DNA of 61,933 nt, taken from contig CAWULR010000001.1 in the NCBI GenBank assembly GCA_963923845.1, forward strand, positions 1 through 61,933, read 5' to 3'. Positions 1-8,542 of the stretch are shown piece by piece (the stretch's first letter is position 1; each line of letters starts with the position of its first letter). The notes under the pieces are model-generated. The model was not told the origin of the DNA, did no database searches, and saw nothing but the letters and a program-made list of their open reading frames with translations. Source of the stretch: an uncultured bacterium. GTDB lineage: Bacteria; Chloroflexota; Limnocylindria; Limnocylindrales; Limnocylindraceae. A program made the position numbers and the translations under genes.

Positions 1-71
1 GGACCCCGCCGCCGTGGATGAGGTGCGAGAAGGGCTGCTCGGTACCTAGACCCCCCTGGCCGTCAGGTTTT

Positions 72-83
72 GTGCAGTTGCAC
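72..83. promoter_or_regulatory. Inverted repeat GTGCA-GT-TGCAC (operator-like) in the AT-rich patch upstream of the purine permease
   Basis: Read directly: gtgcagttgcac at 72-83. It sits in the only clearly AT-rich stretch of the window (about 60-125). Confidence 0.25.
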
Positions 84-268
84 GAATAAAACTCCTCTCT
101 TCAAGGCGTTTTGCCCATATTTCCCACTTGTCGCCTCTCTGGACCGACCCTAGGTTGGTGATGACACGACGCGGGTCGCTTCGGCGGCCACTCCAGGCGG
201 CGCGGAGGCTGTCCGGAGGTGGAGGTCCGGTCGGCCGACCGATCAGATCGGCCAAGGGGGAGGGTTAC

Positions 269-1672
269 ATGGCAAGCATTGCCAAGTACTTCGATCTCAA
301 GAAGCGTGGGACGACGGTGGAGACAGAAGTCCGAGCCGGAGCAACCACGTTCCTTGTGATGGCGTACATCATCTTCGTCAACGCGAACTACGTGGGCGCG
401 GGCGCAGCGGGCGGAGCGATCGGCGCGGCCGGCGCCCCGAGTGCCGAGGCGATCTTCGCCGTGACCGCACTCGGCGCGGGCCTGCTCACGATCCTCATGG
501 GCGTCGTGGCGAACTATCCGTTTGCCCTCGCCGCGGGGATGGGACTCAACGCGGTTGTTGCGTTCCAGCTGATCCTCGGACTCGGCCTCAGCTGGGCCGA
601 GGCGATGGCGGTCATCGTCTGGGAGGGAATCTTCATCACGATTCTGATGCTCACCGGATTCCGCAAGGCGATCCTCGAGGCGATCCCGCTCAACTTGAAG
701 CGAGCGATCGCGGTGGGCATCGGACTCTTCTTGTTGCTGATCGGCCTCTTCGAGGCGAATGTGGTGGTGAAGTCGTTCGCCGGCACGGTGCCACTCGGCC
801 TCTTCTCGGGCATCGGCTTCGGCGGCTCTGAGATCCCAGTTGCGGACATGCCGCACCTTGCGATCTTCGGCGCAGGCCTGCTCACCGCACTCGCCTTGAT
901 CCGCCGACCCGGCGGTCTCTTGATTTCCATCGGCGTTGGTACCTTGGTGGCGCTGGCGCTCGGCGTCTCGTCGATTCCCGCGAGCTTCATCAGCCCGCTC
1001 GACTCGTCGAACTTCGTCGGGATCGGTCAGGCGTTCGGTGCGATGTTCAGCGTCTGGTCGAGCGGTGCCGGCTTCCTCGCGGTGGCCCTCGCCGTCTTCT
1101 CGATCATGCTGAGCGACTTCTTCGACACAGCCGGAACGATGGTCGGCCTCGGCGCTCGCGCCGGTCTGTTGGACAGCAAGGGCCAGCTTCCCGGCTCGAA
1201 TCGCGTGCTCCTCGTCGACTCGATTGCGGCGATGGCGGGCGGGGCGCTCGGCGTCTCCTCGAACACCACGTACATCGAGTCCGCGGCCGGAATCAAGGAG
1301 GGCGGCCGCACCGGGCTCACCAGCGTGGTGACCGGGGCGCTCTTCCTCGCCGCCGTGCTGCTCTCGCCGATCGCAGGGATCGTCCCGGCCGCAGCAACGG
1401 CGCCGGCACTCGTGATCATCGGCTATCTCATGTTCGAGGCGATCCGCGATGTCCAGTGGAAGGACGCCGTCGACGGCTTCCCGGTCCTGGCGACGCTGAT
1501 CGTGATGCCGCTCTCGTATTCGATCACGGACGGCATCGGTGTCGGCTTCCTCACGTACGGAATCTTGAAGGTGACCTCGGGCAAGGCGAGCGACGTGAAG
1601 CCCCTCTTCTGGGTCTCGATCGCAGCGTTCGTCGTGTACTTCTTGGTCAAGCTCGGCATCATCGCGGTCTGA
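269..1672 (+). CDS. NCS2/AzgA-family purine (adenine/guanine/hypoxanthine) permease
   Basis: ORF 128..1672. MASIAKYFDLKKRGTTVETEVRAGATTFLVMAYIIFVNA is a typical AzgA/PbuG-type N-terminus. The protein is polytopic and hydrophobic throughout. ATG 269 follows an AAGGGGGAGGG SD (254-264). The in-frame upstream part is Arg-rich and looks non-coding. Confidence 0.85.
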   Translation: MASIAKYFDLKKRGTTVETEVRAGATTFLVMAYIIFVNANYVGAGAAGGAIGAAGAPSAEAIFAVTALGAGLLTILMGVVANYPFALAAGMGLNAVVAFQLILGLGLSWAEAMAVIVWEGIFITILMLTGFRKAILEAIPLNLKRAIAVGIGLFLLLIGLFEANVVVKSFAGTVPLGLFSGIGFGGSEIPVADMPHLAIFGAGLLTALALIRRPGGLLISIGVGTLVALALGVSSIPASFISPLDSSNFVGIGQAFGAMFSVWSSGAGFLAVALAVFSIMLSDFFDTAGTMVGLGARAGLLDSKGQLPGSNRVLLVDSIAAMAGGALGVSSNTTYIESAAGIKEGGRTGLTSVVTGALFLAAVLLSPIAGIVPAAATAPALVIIGYLMFEAIRDVQWKDAVDGFPVLATLIVMPLSYSITDGIGVGFLTYGILKVTSGKASDVKPLFWVSIAAFVVYFLVKLGIIAV

Positions 1673-1694
1673 CGTCGAGTTCTGGACGCAGAGC

Positions 1695-1730
1695 CAGAGA
1701 GGCCGGTCCCCTTGGGGACCGGCCTCTCTG
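1695..1730. terminator. Bidirectional intrinsic-terminator-like hairpin between convergent genes
   Basis: Perfect 17-nt arms CAGAGAGGCCGGTCCCC (1695-1711) and GGGGACCGGCCTCTCTG (1714-1730). It lies between the permease stop (1672) and the desaturase stop (1754). There is no clear U-tract. Confidence 0.6.
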
Positions 1731-1753
1731 CATGCTCGCGCCGAACGACGGTG

Positions 1754-3331
1754 CTACGAGATCTCGCCCGCCTCGCTCGGCGGCAGAGGGAGCCCGAGCC
1801 GCTCGATGATGGTGCGACTGGCGATGTACGCCGAGAGCATGACCAGGGGGATTCCGCCTCCGGGCTGCGTCCCGCCGCCGGCGAAGTAGGCGTTCGCGAT
1901 GTCCGGCGAGGCGTTGGCGGGGCGGAAGTAGGCGCTCTGGAAGAAGCTCGCCGCAAGCGCGAAGATCGAGCCGTCGTGGCAGTGTTGCTCGCGTTCGAAC
2001 TCGAGCGGAGTCCAGTCGGCCTGCTCCTCGATCTCGTCGGGGGCGAGGCCGGTTCGCTGGCAGACTCGTCGAATCGTCGCTGCGCGGTACTCGTCGCGGT
2101 GCTCCTCCCACCAGCGTCGGTCGCTGAGCGGCGGGACCGGGGTCAACACGTAGAGCGCGGTGCGCCCATCGAGCCGCGCGGTCGCATCGGTGGCGGCAAC
2201 ATGCTGGATGTAGAGCGTAGGGTCGCCGCTGGGAACCTTCGAACTGATGATCCGATCGAGTTCCTCCCCCGGGTGCTCGGGGTGCCACACCGTGTGATGG
2301 GCGAGGTCGGGGAAGGTTCGCCGGACACCGAGGTGCAGGATGTAGGCGCTCGACGACGGCGTGATGCGCGTGAAGCGCAGGCGGCTGAGACGTCCGAGGT
2401 GCTCATCGCCGATGAGGTCGCGATGGGCGTGGACGATATCGGTGTTGAACAGGACCGCATCGGCTTCGATTCGCTCCTCGCCCGGTTGATTCGGTGCAGC
2501 CGGCCCGGTTCCGAGCGTGCGGGGTTTCGAGCCCCGTGGCGCGACGCGGAGCGCCGTGATGCGCCGGTCGACGACGATGCTGCCGAGCGCATCGGTTCCG
2601 TAGCGGAACTCCACTCCGAGTCGACGGGCGAGCCGCTCCATGGCGAGCGGCGCCTCGTGCATGCCGCCCTGCGGGTGCCACGTGCCGAACTTGGCTTCGA
2701 TGTATGGAATGGAGAGGAAGGCGCCGGGAACGCTCTGCGGTGTGGAGCCCAGGTAGATGGACTTGTAGCGCATCACGTGGCGGATCCGTTCGTCGTGGAA
2801 CGTTCGGTCGATCCGGCGACTGTACGGCGTCGCCGCATCCAGGCGGAGGCCGGCGAGCCACGATCGTGGCGCGAGGAGATCGAGCGGCTTCAGCGTCGAG
2901 CGGAAGAAGGTTCGATCCAGTTCTCGCCAGAGCGCCGCGCCGCGACGCATGAACGAGGGGATCCCGGCGGCATCGCGTGGGTCGAGTGCGCCGAAGCTCG
3001 CCGCAAGCTTGACCAGGTCGCTCGATGTCTCGAGCACGCTGCCGTCGGCGAAGTGCGTGCGCGAGGCCGGTTCGACCTTGAGCAGCGTCAAGTCGTCGCG
3101 ACGCGACGCGCCAGCCGCTCTCCAAAGCTGATCGAAGAGCTCGGGAAGGGTGAAGATCGTCGGACCGCTGTCCCAACGGTAGGGGCCGATCTCTCGGCGT
3201 CCCATCTTCCCACCCGGTCGTGTGCCGCGTTCGACGACGGTGACGCGGAGTCCTGCGGCGGCGAGTCGGATCGCGCTTGCGAGACCGGCCAGGCCTGCGC
3301 CGACGACGACGATGCGTGGCGTGCCGTTCAC
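1754..3331 (-). CDS. Phytoene desaturase family FAD oxidoreductase (CrtI/CrtD-like carotenoid desaturase)
   Basis: ORF 1754..3634. FAD fold PRIVVVGAGLAGLASAIRLAAAGLRVTVVERGTRPGGK. C-terminal family signature FAGGGTQPGGGIPLVMLSA. GTG at 3331 overlaps the upstream stop (GTGA). Residues before it are Arg-rich and overlap the upstream gene. Confidence 0.8.
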   Translation of the reverse strand: MNGTPRIVVVGAGLAGLASAIRLAAAGLRVTVVERGTRPGGKMGRREIGPYRWDSGPTIFTLPELFDQLWRAAGASRRDDLTLLKVEPASRTHFADGSVLETSSDLVKLAASFGALDPRDAAGIPSFMRRGAALWRELDRTFFRSTLKPLDLLAPRSWLAGLRLDAATPYSRRIDRTFHDERIRHVMRYKSIYLGSTPQSVPGAFLSIPYIEAKFGTWHPQGGMHEAPLAMERLARRLGVEFRYGTDALGSIVVDRRITALRVAPRGSKPRTLGTGPAAPNQPGEERIEADAVLFNTDIVHAHRDLIGDEHLGRLSRLRFTRITPSSSAYILHLGVRRTFPDLAHHTVWHPEHPGEELDRIISSKVPSGDPTLYIQHVAATDATARLDGRTALYVLTPVPPLSDRRWWEEHRDEYRAATIRRVCQRTGLAPDEIEEQADWTPLEFEREQHCHDGSIFALAASFFQSAYFRPANASPDIANAYFAGGGTQPGGGIPLVMLSAYIASRTIIERLGLPLPPSEAGEIS

Positions 3332-4266
3332 GCTCGGGTGCGTGCGCGGAGTGCGGAGCGGCCCACCGATGCGCCGAGCGCGATCGCCGTGCCGAAGATC
3401 GCCAGGGCGGCGGCGGCGACGGCGGAGGCGATCGGGGCGTTCAGCAAGACGATGATCGTGATGCCTGCGCCGAGGATCACGTTGGTGACCAAGAAGAGTC
3501 GATAGAGTCGTCGTCCCGCCTCGCCGGTCGCATCGCGGCCGATCACGGAGAGCGAAAGGTAGGGGAGTGCGACGGCGAAGGCGAGCGGCGTTCCTGTGAT
3601 GGTTGCGGCCCCGACGCCGACGAGGACGAACCACGCGGCAGCGAACGCCGCCGTGGCGCGACGTCCGAGCAGAACGGCGATGGTGCGCACGCCGGCCGCT
3701 TCGTCTTCGTCGCGATCGGTGATGGTGGTGAGCGCATGGGCGCCGATCCCCCAGGCGGCGAAGATCATCACATGCGGCGAGAGCGGCTCTGTGCCGCCGG
3801 CGGCGTGGATGCCGACCTGCAGCGGGATGGCATAGAGCACGTTGGTCAGCGAATCCGCGATCGGCCGTCCCTTGAGGCGCGTCGGCGGAGCGTTGTAGGC
3901 GGCGGAGAGGAGCAGCAAGAGCCCGAGTGACGCGAGGGTGAGGGGCGGGAACCAGGCTGCCGTCACGAGGGCGAACGGAGCGAGCACGAGGCTGCTGACC
4001 GCCGCGTGCTTGGCCAGGAGCTCCTTCGGCGTGAGCGCGCCTTCGACTCCACCTTTGCGGGGATTGCGTCGATCTGTCTCGTAGTCGAAGTAGTCGTTCG
4101 GGGCGTGCAGAAAGTAGTTGTAGGGGAAGAGGAAGAAGAGAAACAACACCAGGTCGAGTGGCTGCAGTGATCCGCGCGTGGCGAGCGCTCCCCAGAGGAA
4201 CGGCATCGAGGTGTTCAGCCAGAGGAGCGGTCGCGAGATCTCGATCGCCTTCGCAACGTTCTTCAT
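3328..4266 (-). CDS. UbiA-family prenyltransferase, lycopene-elongase-like (LyeJ/CrtEb type)
   Basis: ORF 3328..4428. NDYFDYETD Asp-rich UbiA motif and multiple TM segments. The N-terminal ISRPLLWLN resembles the SRPRFW start of lycopene elongases (from memory). It is 4-nt coupled to the desaturase. Start ATG 4266 (MKNVAK); ATG 4305 is an alternative. Confidence 0.65.
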   Translation of the reverse strand: MKNVAKAIEISRPLLWLNTSMPFLWGALATRGSLQPLDLVLFLFFLFPYNYFLHAPNDYFDYETDRRNPRKGGVEGALTPKELLAKHAAVSSLVLAPFALVTAAWFPPLTLASLGLLLLLSAAYNAPPTRLKGRPIADSLTNVLYAIPLQVGIHAAGGTEPLSPHVMIFAAWGIGAHALTTITDRDEDEAAGVRTIAVLLGRRATAAFAAAWFVLVGVGAATITGTPLAFAVALPYLSLSVIGRDATGEAGRRLYRLFLVTNVILGAGITIIVLLNAPIASAVAAAALAIFGTAIALGASVGRSALRARTRA

Positions 4267-4323
4267 CGGCTCATCGTAAGGGAGGAGGCTACACTTGGTG
4301 GTCATGGTGAGCGAGGGTCTGAG

Positions 4324-5031
4324 ATGAGGCGCGGAGGGCGTCGTCCCCACGAAGTCCTCGGCCTGAAGCCGGGCGCGAGCGTCGAGGAGATTCGCGGCGC
4401 TCGGCGCCAGCTCGCTCGAACGCATCATCCAGACAACTTTTCCGGCGACCCAGCAGGGTCACGGCGGGCGACTCGAGAGATGGCGCTGATCAATGCCGCA
4501 GCCGAAGCGCTCATTGCCGAGGCGTGGGCCGCTGAGACCCCCTCTCCGGCAGCGGCACCGCGCGGCGGCCATCGACCAGAGGCGCCGATCACAGGTCGCG
4601 TCGAGCTCTCCGAGGAGCCGCGATTCAATGCGCGCACGAGCAGGCCGACGCAGGTGAACTGGCGTCCGGAGGCGCCATGGCCGGCGAGACCGGCTGCGCG
4701 ACCGAGTGGGCCGCGCCCTGGGACACCGGCAGGTCCGGTGCGACGACGAGTGGACCCTTCAGTTGCGCAACGTTCGCGCATCCCGCTCGATGCCGCGCGG
4801 GCGCGCCCCTTTGCGTTCGGGCGCTACGCGGGCCTCAGCGTTGGAGAGGTCGGACTGCGCGACCCCGGCTATCTCGCCTGGTGCATCGACAACGTTCGTC
4901 GCGATCCAGAACTCGTCCAGGCGGCAGAGCGGGTGCTGACCCAGCTCATGGAAGAGTACGGCTTGGAGCGGCCACCCCGTGGCAGCCTGCGCCGACCGTC
5001 ACCGGTCGGTTTCGACGGAGTCGGCGACTGA
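4324..5031 (+). CDS. J-domain (DnaJ-like) protein with DUF3820-like C-terminal region
   Basis: HEVLGLKPGASVEEIRGARRQLARTHHPD carries the HPD tripeptide. The middle is Pro/Ala-rich. The C-terminus FAFGRYAGLSVGEVGLRDPGYLAWCIDN resembles the PFGKYKG...YLxW motif of DUF3820/ExoX C-terminal domains (from memory). Confidence 0.7.
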   Translation: MRRGGRRPHEVLGLKPGASVEEIRGARRQLARTHHPDNFSGDPAGSRRATREMALINAAAEALIAEAWAAETPSPAAAPRGGHRPEAPITGRVELSEEPRFNARTSRPTQVNWRPEAPWPARPAARPSGPRPGTPAGPVRRRVDPSVAQRSRIPLDAARARPFAFGRYAGLSVGEVGLRDPGYLAWCIDNVRRDPELVQAAERVLTQLMEEYGLERPPRGSLRRPSPVGFDGVGD

Positions 5032-5621
5032 TGAGGAGACATGTGCTGCTGCTCGTGGTTGCGCTGATCGGCGCCGGTGCCGTGGGCTGTACGGCAGCGC
5101 CACCACCCGATGGAAGCCTTCCGTGCGACCCGAGCATCGACGTTCAGCGCGCGCCCGGCTTCGACGCGGATCTCGAATCCACCGTGCCGACTGCGGCATT
5201 CGAGGGGAGTCCGATCACTCTCGACTCGGGTCGCGAATGTTCCGAGAAGCGGCTCGGTCCGCTCTGGGGGGCAGGCGTGCGCGAGCTGCGATCGGCAGGA
5301 GGAACCTTCGAGTTGGGGAACGAGACGGGATATTCGGTGGTCACCTACCGTGCGAATGCACTCACCATTGACGCGCTCGCCTATGCGTTCGAACGAGGGG
5401 CGGCCGCTGCACGGAAGACCCAGGACATCCAGGTGGAGCGAGTGAGCATCGGTTCATGGGCCGGGAGTCGCATGACTCTGCTGAACGGCGATCACCGCCA
5501 GGTCATCATCCTCTTCCAGGTTCCGGGAGAGATTGGACAGGTGCGCGGGCTGCTCACCTCGGATCTCTCGAACGCCGTCATCGAGGAGCTGCTGACGCGC
5601 TACGAGCAGGCGCTCGACTAG
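5031..5621 (+). CDS. Lipoprotein of unknown function
   Basis: In-frame ATG at 5031 inside ORF 4677..5621, overlapping the upstream stop (TGATG). MRRHVLLLVVALIGAGAVGC gives a signal peptide plus an AVGC lipobox. Confidence 0.6.
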   Translation: MRRHVLLLVVALIGAGAVGCTAAPPPDGSLPCDPSIDVQRAPGFDADLESTVPTAAFEGSPITLDSGRECSEKRLGPLWGAGVRELRSAGGTFELGNETGYSVVTYRANALTIDALAYAFERGAAAARKTQDIQVERVSIGSWAGSRMTLLNGDHRQVIILFQVPGEIGQVRGLLTSDLSNAVIEELLTRYEQALD

Positions 5622-5661
5622 CGGTCGGTACGGTGGCCGTCCTCGGCCGTGGCCCAGAGCG

Positions 5662-6000
5662 CTACTTCGCGGCGAGCTCTTTGAGGCCGAAGCGCGACTC
5701 GAGTTGCTCGGCTGTCTGGAATCCGACCGCACCGACAGGCTGCGCGCCCGCGCCCTTGAAGAACGCGATGGTCGGGATCGACATGATGTTGAATGCACGT
5801 TGGAGGCTCGGGTTCTCGTCGACGTTCACCTTCACGATGTCGACCTTGCCGTCGTACTGCTCGGCCAGCTTCTCCAGCTCGGGGGCGACCAGCTTGCACG
5901 GTCCGCACCACGGAGCCCAGAAGTCCACGATGACCGGTCGCGGGGCGTTGGCGACATCCGCCTCGAATGACGCGTCGGTGGTGTGCTTGATCTCGGCCAT
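5662..6000 (-). CDS. trxA: Thioredoxin
   Basis: 112 aa with WCGPC active site (FWAPWCGPCK) and classic Trx length and layout. Confidence 0.95.
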   Translation of the reverse strand: MAEIKHTTDASFEADVANAPRPVIVDFWAPWCGPCKLVAPELEKLAEQYDGKVDIVKVNVDENPSLQRAFNIMSIPTIAFFKGAGAQPVGAVGFQTAEQLESRFGLKELAAK

Positions 6001-6048
6001 GGACTCCCTCGTCTCCGCTATCGGCGGCCAGCGCCGCCTCTCTCCGCC

Positions 6049-6054
6049 ATTCTA
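6049..6054 (-). promoter_or_regulatory. -10-like TAGAAT for trxA
   Basis: The plus-strand attcta at 6049-6054 reads TAGAAT on the minus strand, about 48 nt upstream of the trxA ATG. The leader contains a GGCGGC-GCTG-GCCGCC hairpin and a GGGAG SD. Confidence 0.35.
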
Positions 6055-6088
6055 CCGACGTTCGGTTCCTAAGGCAGCCGTGCACGGG

Positions 6089-6094
6089 TAGGAT
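6089..6094 (+). promoter_or_regulatory. -10-like TAGGAT placed 6 nt before the ATG (leaderless arrangement)
   Basis: TAGGAT (6089-6094), then gctcgt, then ATG 6101. No SD is present. Confidence 0.35.
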
Positions 6095-6100
6095 GCTCGT

Positions 6101-6508
6101 ATGGTCGAACGAAGCGCCCCGATCCGTGTCCTGATCGCCAAGCCGGGCCTCGACGGCCACGATCGCGGCGCAAAGGTGCTCGCACGCGGGTTGCGCGACG
6201 AGGGCTTCGAGGTGATCTACACCGGGATCCGACGCACCACAGAGGCAATCGTCGCTGCCGCCATCGAAGAGGATGTCGACGTCGTCGGCTGCTCGATCCT
6301 TTCAGGTGCGCACGCCACGCTCCTGCCGAAGGTCGTCGCTGGACTTCGGGAGGCTGGCGCCTCGAACGTGCTCGTGGTGGCAGGGGGCATCATTCCAGAG
6401 GAGGATCGCGCCGATCTGCTGTCAGCGGGCATCGCGGCGGTCTTCGGTCCGGGAAGCACGATCGCGGAGATCGCCGCCTACCTGCGCTCCCATGTCCGAA
6501 GCGCCTGA
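6101..6508 (+). CDS. Methylmalonyl-CoA mutase family, stand-alone B12-binding (small) subunit
   Basis: 135 aa. [19 protein letters not shown] contains the DxHxxG cobalamin-binding motif. [28 protein letters not shown] is the typical C-terminal part of MCM. Confidence 0.85.
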   Translation: MVERSAPIRVLIAKPGLDGHDRGAKVLARGLRDEGFEVIYTGIRRTTEAIVAAAIEEDVDVVGCSILSGAHATLLPKVVAGLREAGASNVLVVAGGIIPEEDRADLLSAGIAAVFGPGSTIAEIAAYLRSHVRSA

Positions 6509-7415
6509 GCGACTTCGCGCCGCGTTGCACACCACACGGGAGCTTGCCCAGGCGATCAGCAGCGTCGAGCGCGGTGGCGCCGCGGCAGACGAACTGATCC
6601 AAGCTGCGCTCACTCACCTCGCGCAGGCGCGCGGGCGAGGGGCCACCGTCATCGGAGTCACCGGGCCGCCTGGGGCGGGGAAGAGCACGCTCATCGGTGC
6701 TCTGACCGGTTTCGCGCGCGAGAGCGGTCGTCGTGTCGCGATCCTCGCCGTCGACCCCACTTCGGCGCAGAGCGGCGGTGCGTTGCTCGGCGATCGGGTG
6801 CGCGTCGACGAGAAGCCTGGAGACGACGGCCGCTTCGTCCGCTCCATCGCCACGAGAGGCAGCGGACGATCGCTTTCGCACACCACCGCCGCCGTGTCGC
6901 TGCTCGTCGAGGCGTCTGGCTTCGATCTGCTCTTCATCGAGACGGTCGGGTCCGGGCAGGCTGATCTCGGCATTGCGCGTCTCGCCGATGTCGTCGTGCT
7001 CGTCGAAGGGCCCGAAGGCGGCGACGAGGTGCAGGCGATGAAGGCGGGTCTGCTGGAGAGCGCGAACCTCGTTGTCGTGAACAAGTCCGACCGACCGGGC
7101 GCGAACGTTGCCGCCGATCGATTGCGATCTGGCTTGGCGCTCGGACACGATGCACCAGCGGTGCTCCTCGCCTCGGCCGTCGATGGCAGCGGCGTTCGGG
7201 AGCTCCTCGCTGCGATCGATGCGCTTACGGCGTCGCGACGCAGCGGCGGGATCGAACGACGCATCGCCGCCCACCTCGCCGCCGCGGTCGAAGCGCGCGC
7301 AGCGCAGAGACTCCTTGAAGCGGAGCACGACGGTCGACTCGCACGCCTGGCGGCGGGGATCGCGGCTGGGACGCGTCCGCTGAGCGGTGCGGTGGACGAG
7401 CTGCTCAAGGGATAG
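6492..7415 (+). CDS. meaB: Methylmalonyl-CoA mutase-associated G-protein chaperone MeaB/ArgK
   Basis: In-frame ATG 6492 in ORF 6273..7415 (MSEAPER...). P-loop [14 protein letters not shown], and NKSD (G4). It overlaps the B12-binding subunit gene by 17 nt. Confidence 0.85.
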   Translation: MSEAPERLRAALHTTRELAQAISSVERGGAAADELIQAALTHLAQARGRGATVIGVTGPPGAGKSTLIGALTGFARESGRRVAILAVDPTSAQSGGALLGDRVRVDEKPGDDGRFVRSIATRGSGRSLSHTTAAVSLLVEASGFDLLFIETVGSGQADLGIARLADVVVLVEGPEGGDEVQAMKAGLLESANLVVVNKSDRPGANVAADRLRSGLALGHDAPAVLLASAVDGSGVRELLAAIDALTASRRSGGIERRIAAHLAAAVEARAAQRLLEAEHDGRLARLAAGIAAGTRPLSGAVDELLKG

Positions 7416-7429
7416 ACCGCTCCCTGCCG

Positions 7430-8374
7430 ATGATCAGGACGATCGCGACGGCGCTCGGTGGGTTGCTCCTTGCCTTCGTCGCCGGCGTCGGCGGCCCAGG
7501 GCTCAGCGTCGACGCTCCCGTTCCGCCAGCGCGTCGCGTCGGTTCCGCGCCCGAACAGGCGCGGCTCGTGCACCTGGTCGTGCTCGGCGACAGCTATGCC
7601 TCCGCGGCCGTGCCCTTCGATCGCGGAACCCTCGTCGTGCTCGGTTCGCCGAGCGTCTGTGCTCGTGGGCCGGCCTGGCCACGCCTGCTCGATCCGGTCT
7701 CGATTCGACTCTCGCTCACCCACGTGTCGTGCAGCGGGGCGGTGGTGTCGGATCTGATCGATCGCCGGATGCGCGCGGGCGAACCGATCCAGGCCCAGGC
7801 CCTCAACGAGACGACCGACCTCGTGATGCTCGGGATCGGTGGGAACGACACCGGCTTCAGCGAACTCTTCTCCGCCTGTCGCTTCGAACCCTCCGATCGG
7901 TGCCGCGCCGTCGCCGATCGGCTCGCGCCGCGGATCGACGGGCTCGGCGGCTCGCTGGTGCGACTCTATCGCGAGGTGCTCGGCGCGGCCCCCAACGCGC
8001 TGGTCGTTGTCGTCCTCTACGCCGACTCGCTCCCGTCGGCGGGTGACGTGGGACTGGACGGCTGCTCCGCGCTCCGCGCCGCAGGGGACGAACTTTCGGA
8101 TGCAGACCTCCTGATCCTCGATGAGTGGGGGAGTGCGATCGGGGCTCAGGTACGGCGTGCGATCGAAACCGTCGCCGACCCCCGGGTTCGCGTGGCCGAC
8201 TTGGCCGACGCGTTTGCGGGCCACAGGATCTGTTCCGCCGAGCCGTGGCAGTGGGGACGAGACGGCGAGATCCCGTTCCATCCGAATGCGGCTGGCCACG
8301 CTGCGCTCGCGGCGAGGCTGAGCCGCTTCTTGGACGAACTGGAAGCCGAAGGAGCGATTCCAGGGCGGCGCTAG
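7430..8374 (+). CDS. Secreted SGNH/GDSL-family hydrolase (lipase/esterase)
   Basis: N-terminal signal-like TM. Block I VVLGDSYAS, block III GIGGND, block V FHPNAAGH. Confidence 0.75.
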   Translation: MIRTIATALGGLLLAFVAGVGGPGLSVDAPVPPARRVGSAPEQARLVHLVVLGDSYASAAVPFDRGTLVVLGSPSVCARGPAWPRLLDPVSIRLSLTHVSCSGAVVSDLIDRRMRAGEPIQAQALNETTDLVMLGIGGNDTGFSELFSACRFEPSDRCRAVADRLAPRIDGLGGSLVRLYREVLGAAPNALVVVVLYADSLPSAGDVGLDGCSALRAAGDELSDADLLILDEWGSAIGAQVRRAIETVADPRVRVADLADAFAGHRICSAEPWQWGRDGEIPFHPNAAGHAALAARLSRFLDELEAEGAIPGRR

Positions 8375-8437
8375 CTGGAGATCGGCGCGGCGACGGGAGC
8401 GTGCGCGACGCCTGATGCGGCCAACGCCGCGCTCCTC

Positions 8438-8443
8438 TATCCT
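8438..8443 (+). promoter_or_regulatory. -10-like TATCCT 7 nt upstream of the mature 5' end of tRNA-Lys
   Basis: TATCCT (8438-8443), then tccgcgt, then tRNA nucleotide 1 at 8451. Confidence 0.3.
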
Positions 8444-8450
8444 TCCGCGT

Positions 8451-8525
8451 GGGCCGGTAGCTCAGCGGTAGAGCAAGTGACTCTTAATCACTAGGTCGTG
8501 GGTTCGAATCCCACCCGGCTCACCA
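8451..8525 (+). tRNA. tRNA-Lys (anticodon CUU), CCA encoded
   Basis: Hand-folded cloverleaf. Acceptor GGGCCGG/CCGGCTC, D arm GCTC-AGCGGTA-GAGC. Anticodon stem AGTGA/TCACT with loop CTCTTAA. T arm GTGGG-TTCGAAT-CCCAC, then ACCA. Confidence 0.9.
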
Positions 8526-8542
8526 GGAGACTGGTGTCCTTT

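Noticed and set aside
2-49. Possible 3' end of an upstream plus-strand gene (…DPAAVDEVREGLLGT-stop)
   Set aside because: Only 16 codons are visible. That is too short to support a call or a product.
130-268. Classical purine (guanine/adenine) riboswitch upstream of the purine permease
   Set aside because: I could not find the conserved three-way-junction core (the J1-2 UAUAAU-like and J2-3/J3-1 CCGACUAUG-like segments). The region is kept only as an unassigned structured leader.
1712-3505. 597-aa plus-strand ORF overlapping the desaturase gene
   Set aside because: It is a shadow ORF of the minus-strand CrtI-family gene, which has the FAD-binding and C-terminal signatures. The plus-strand product has none.
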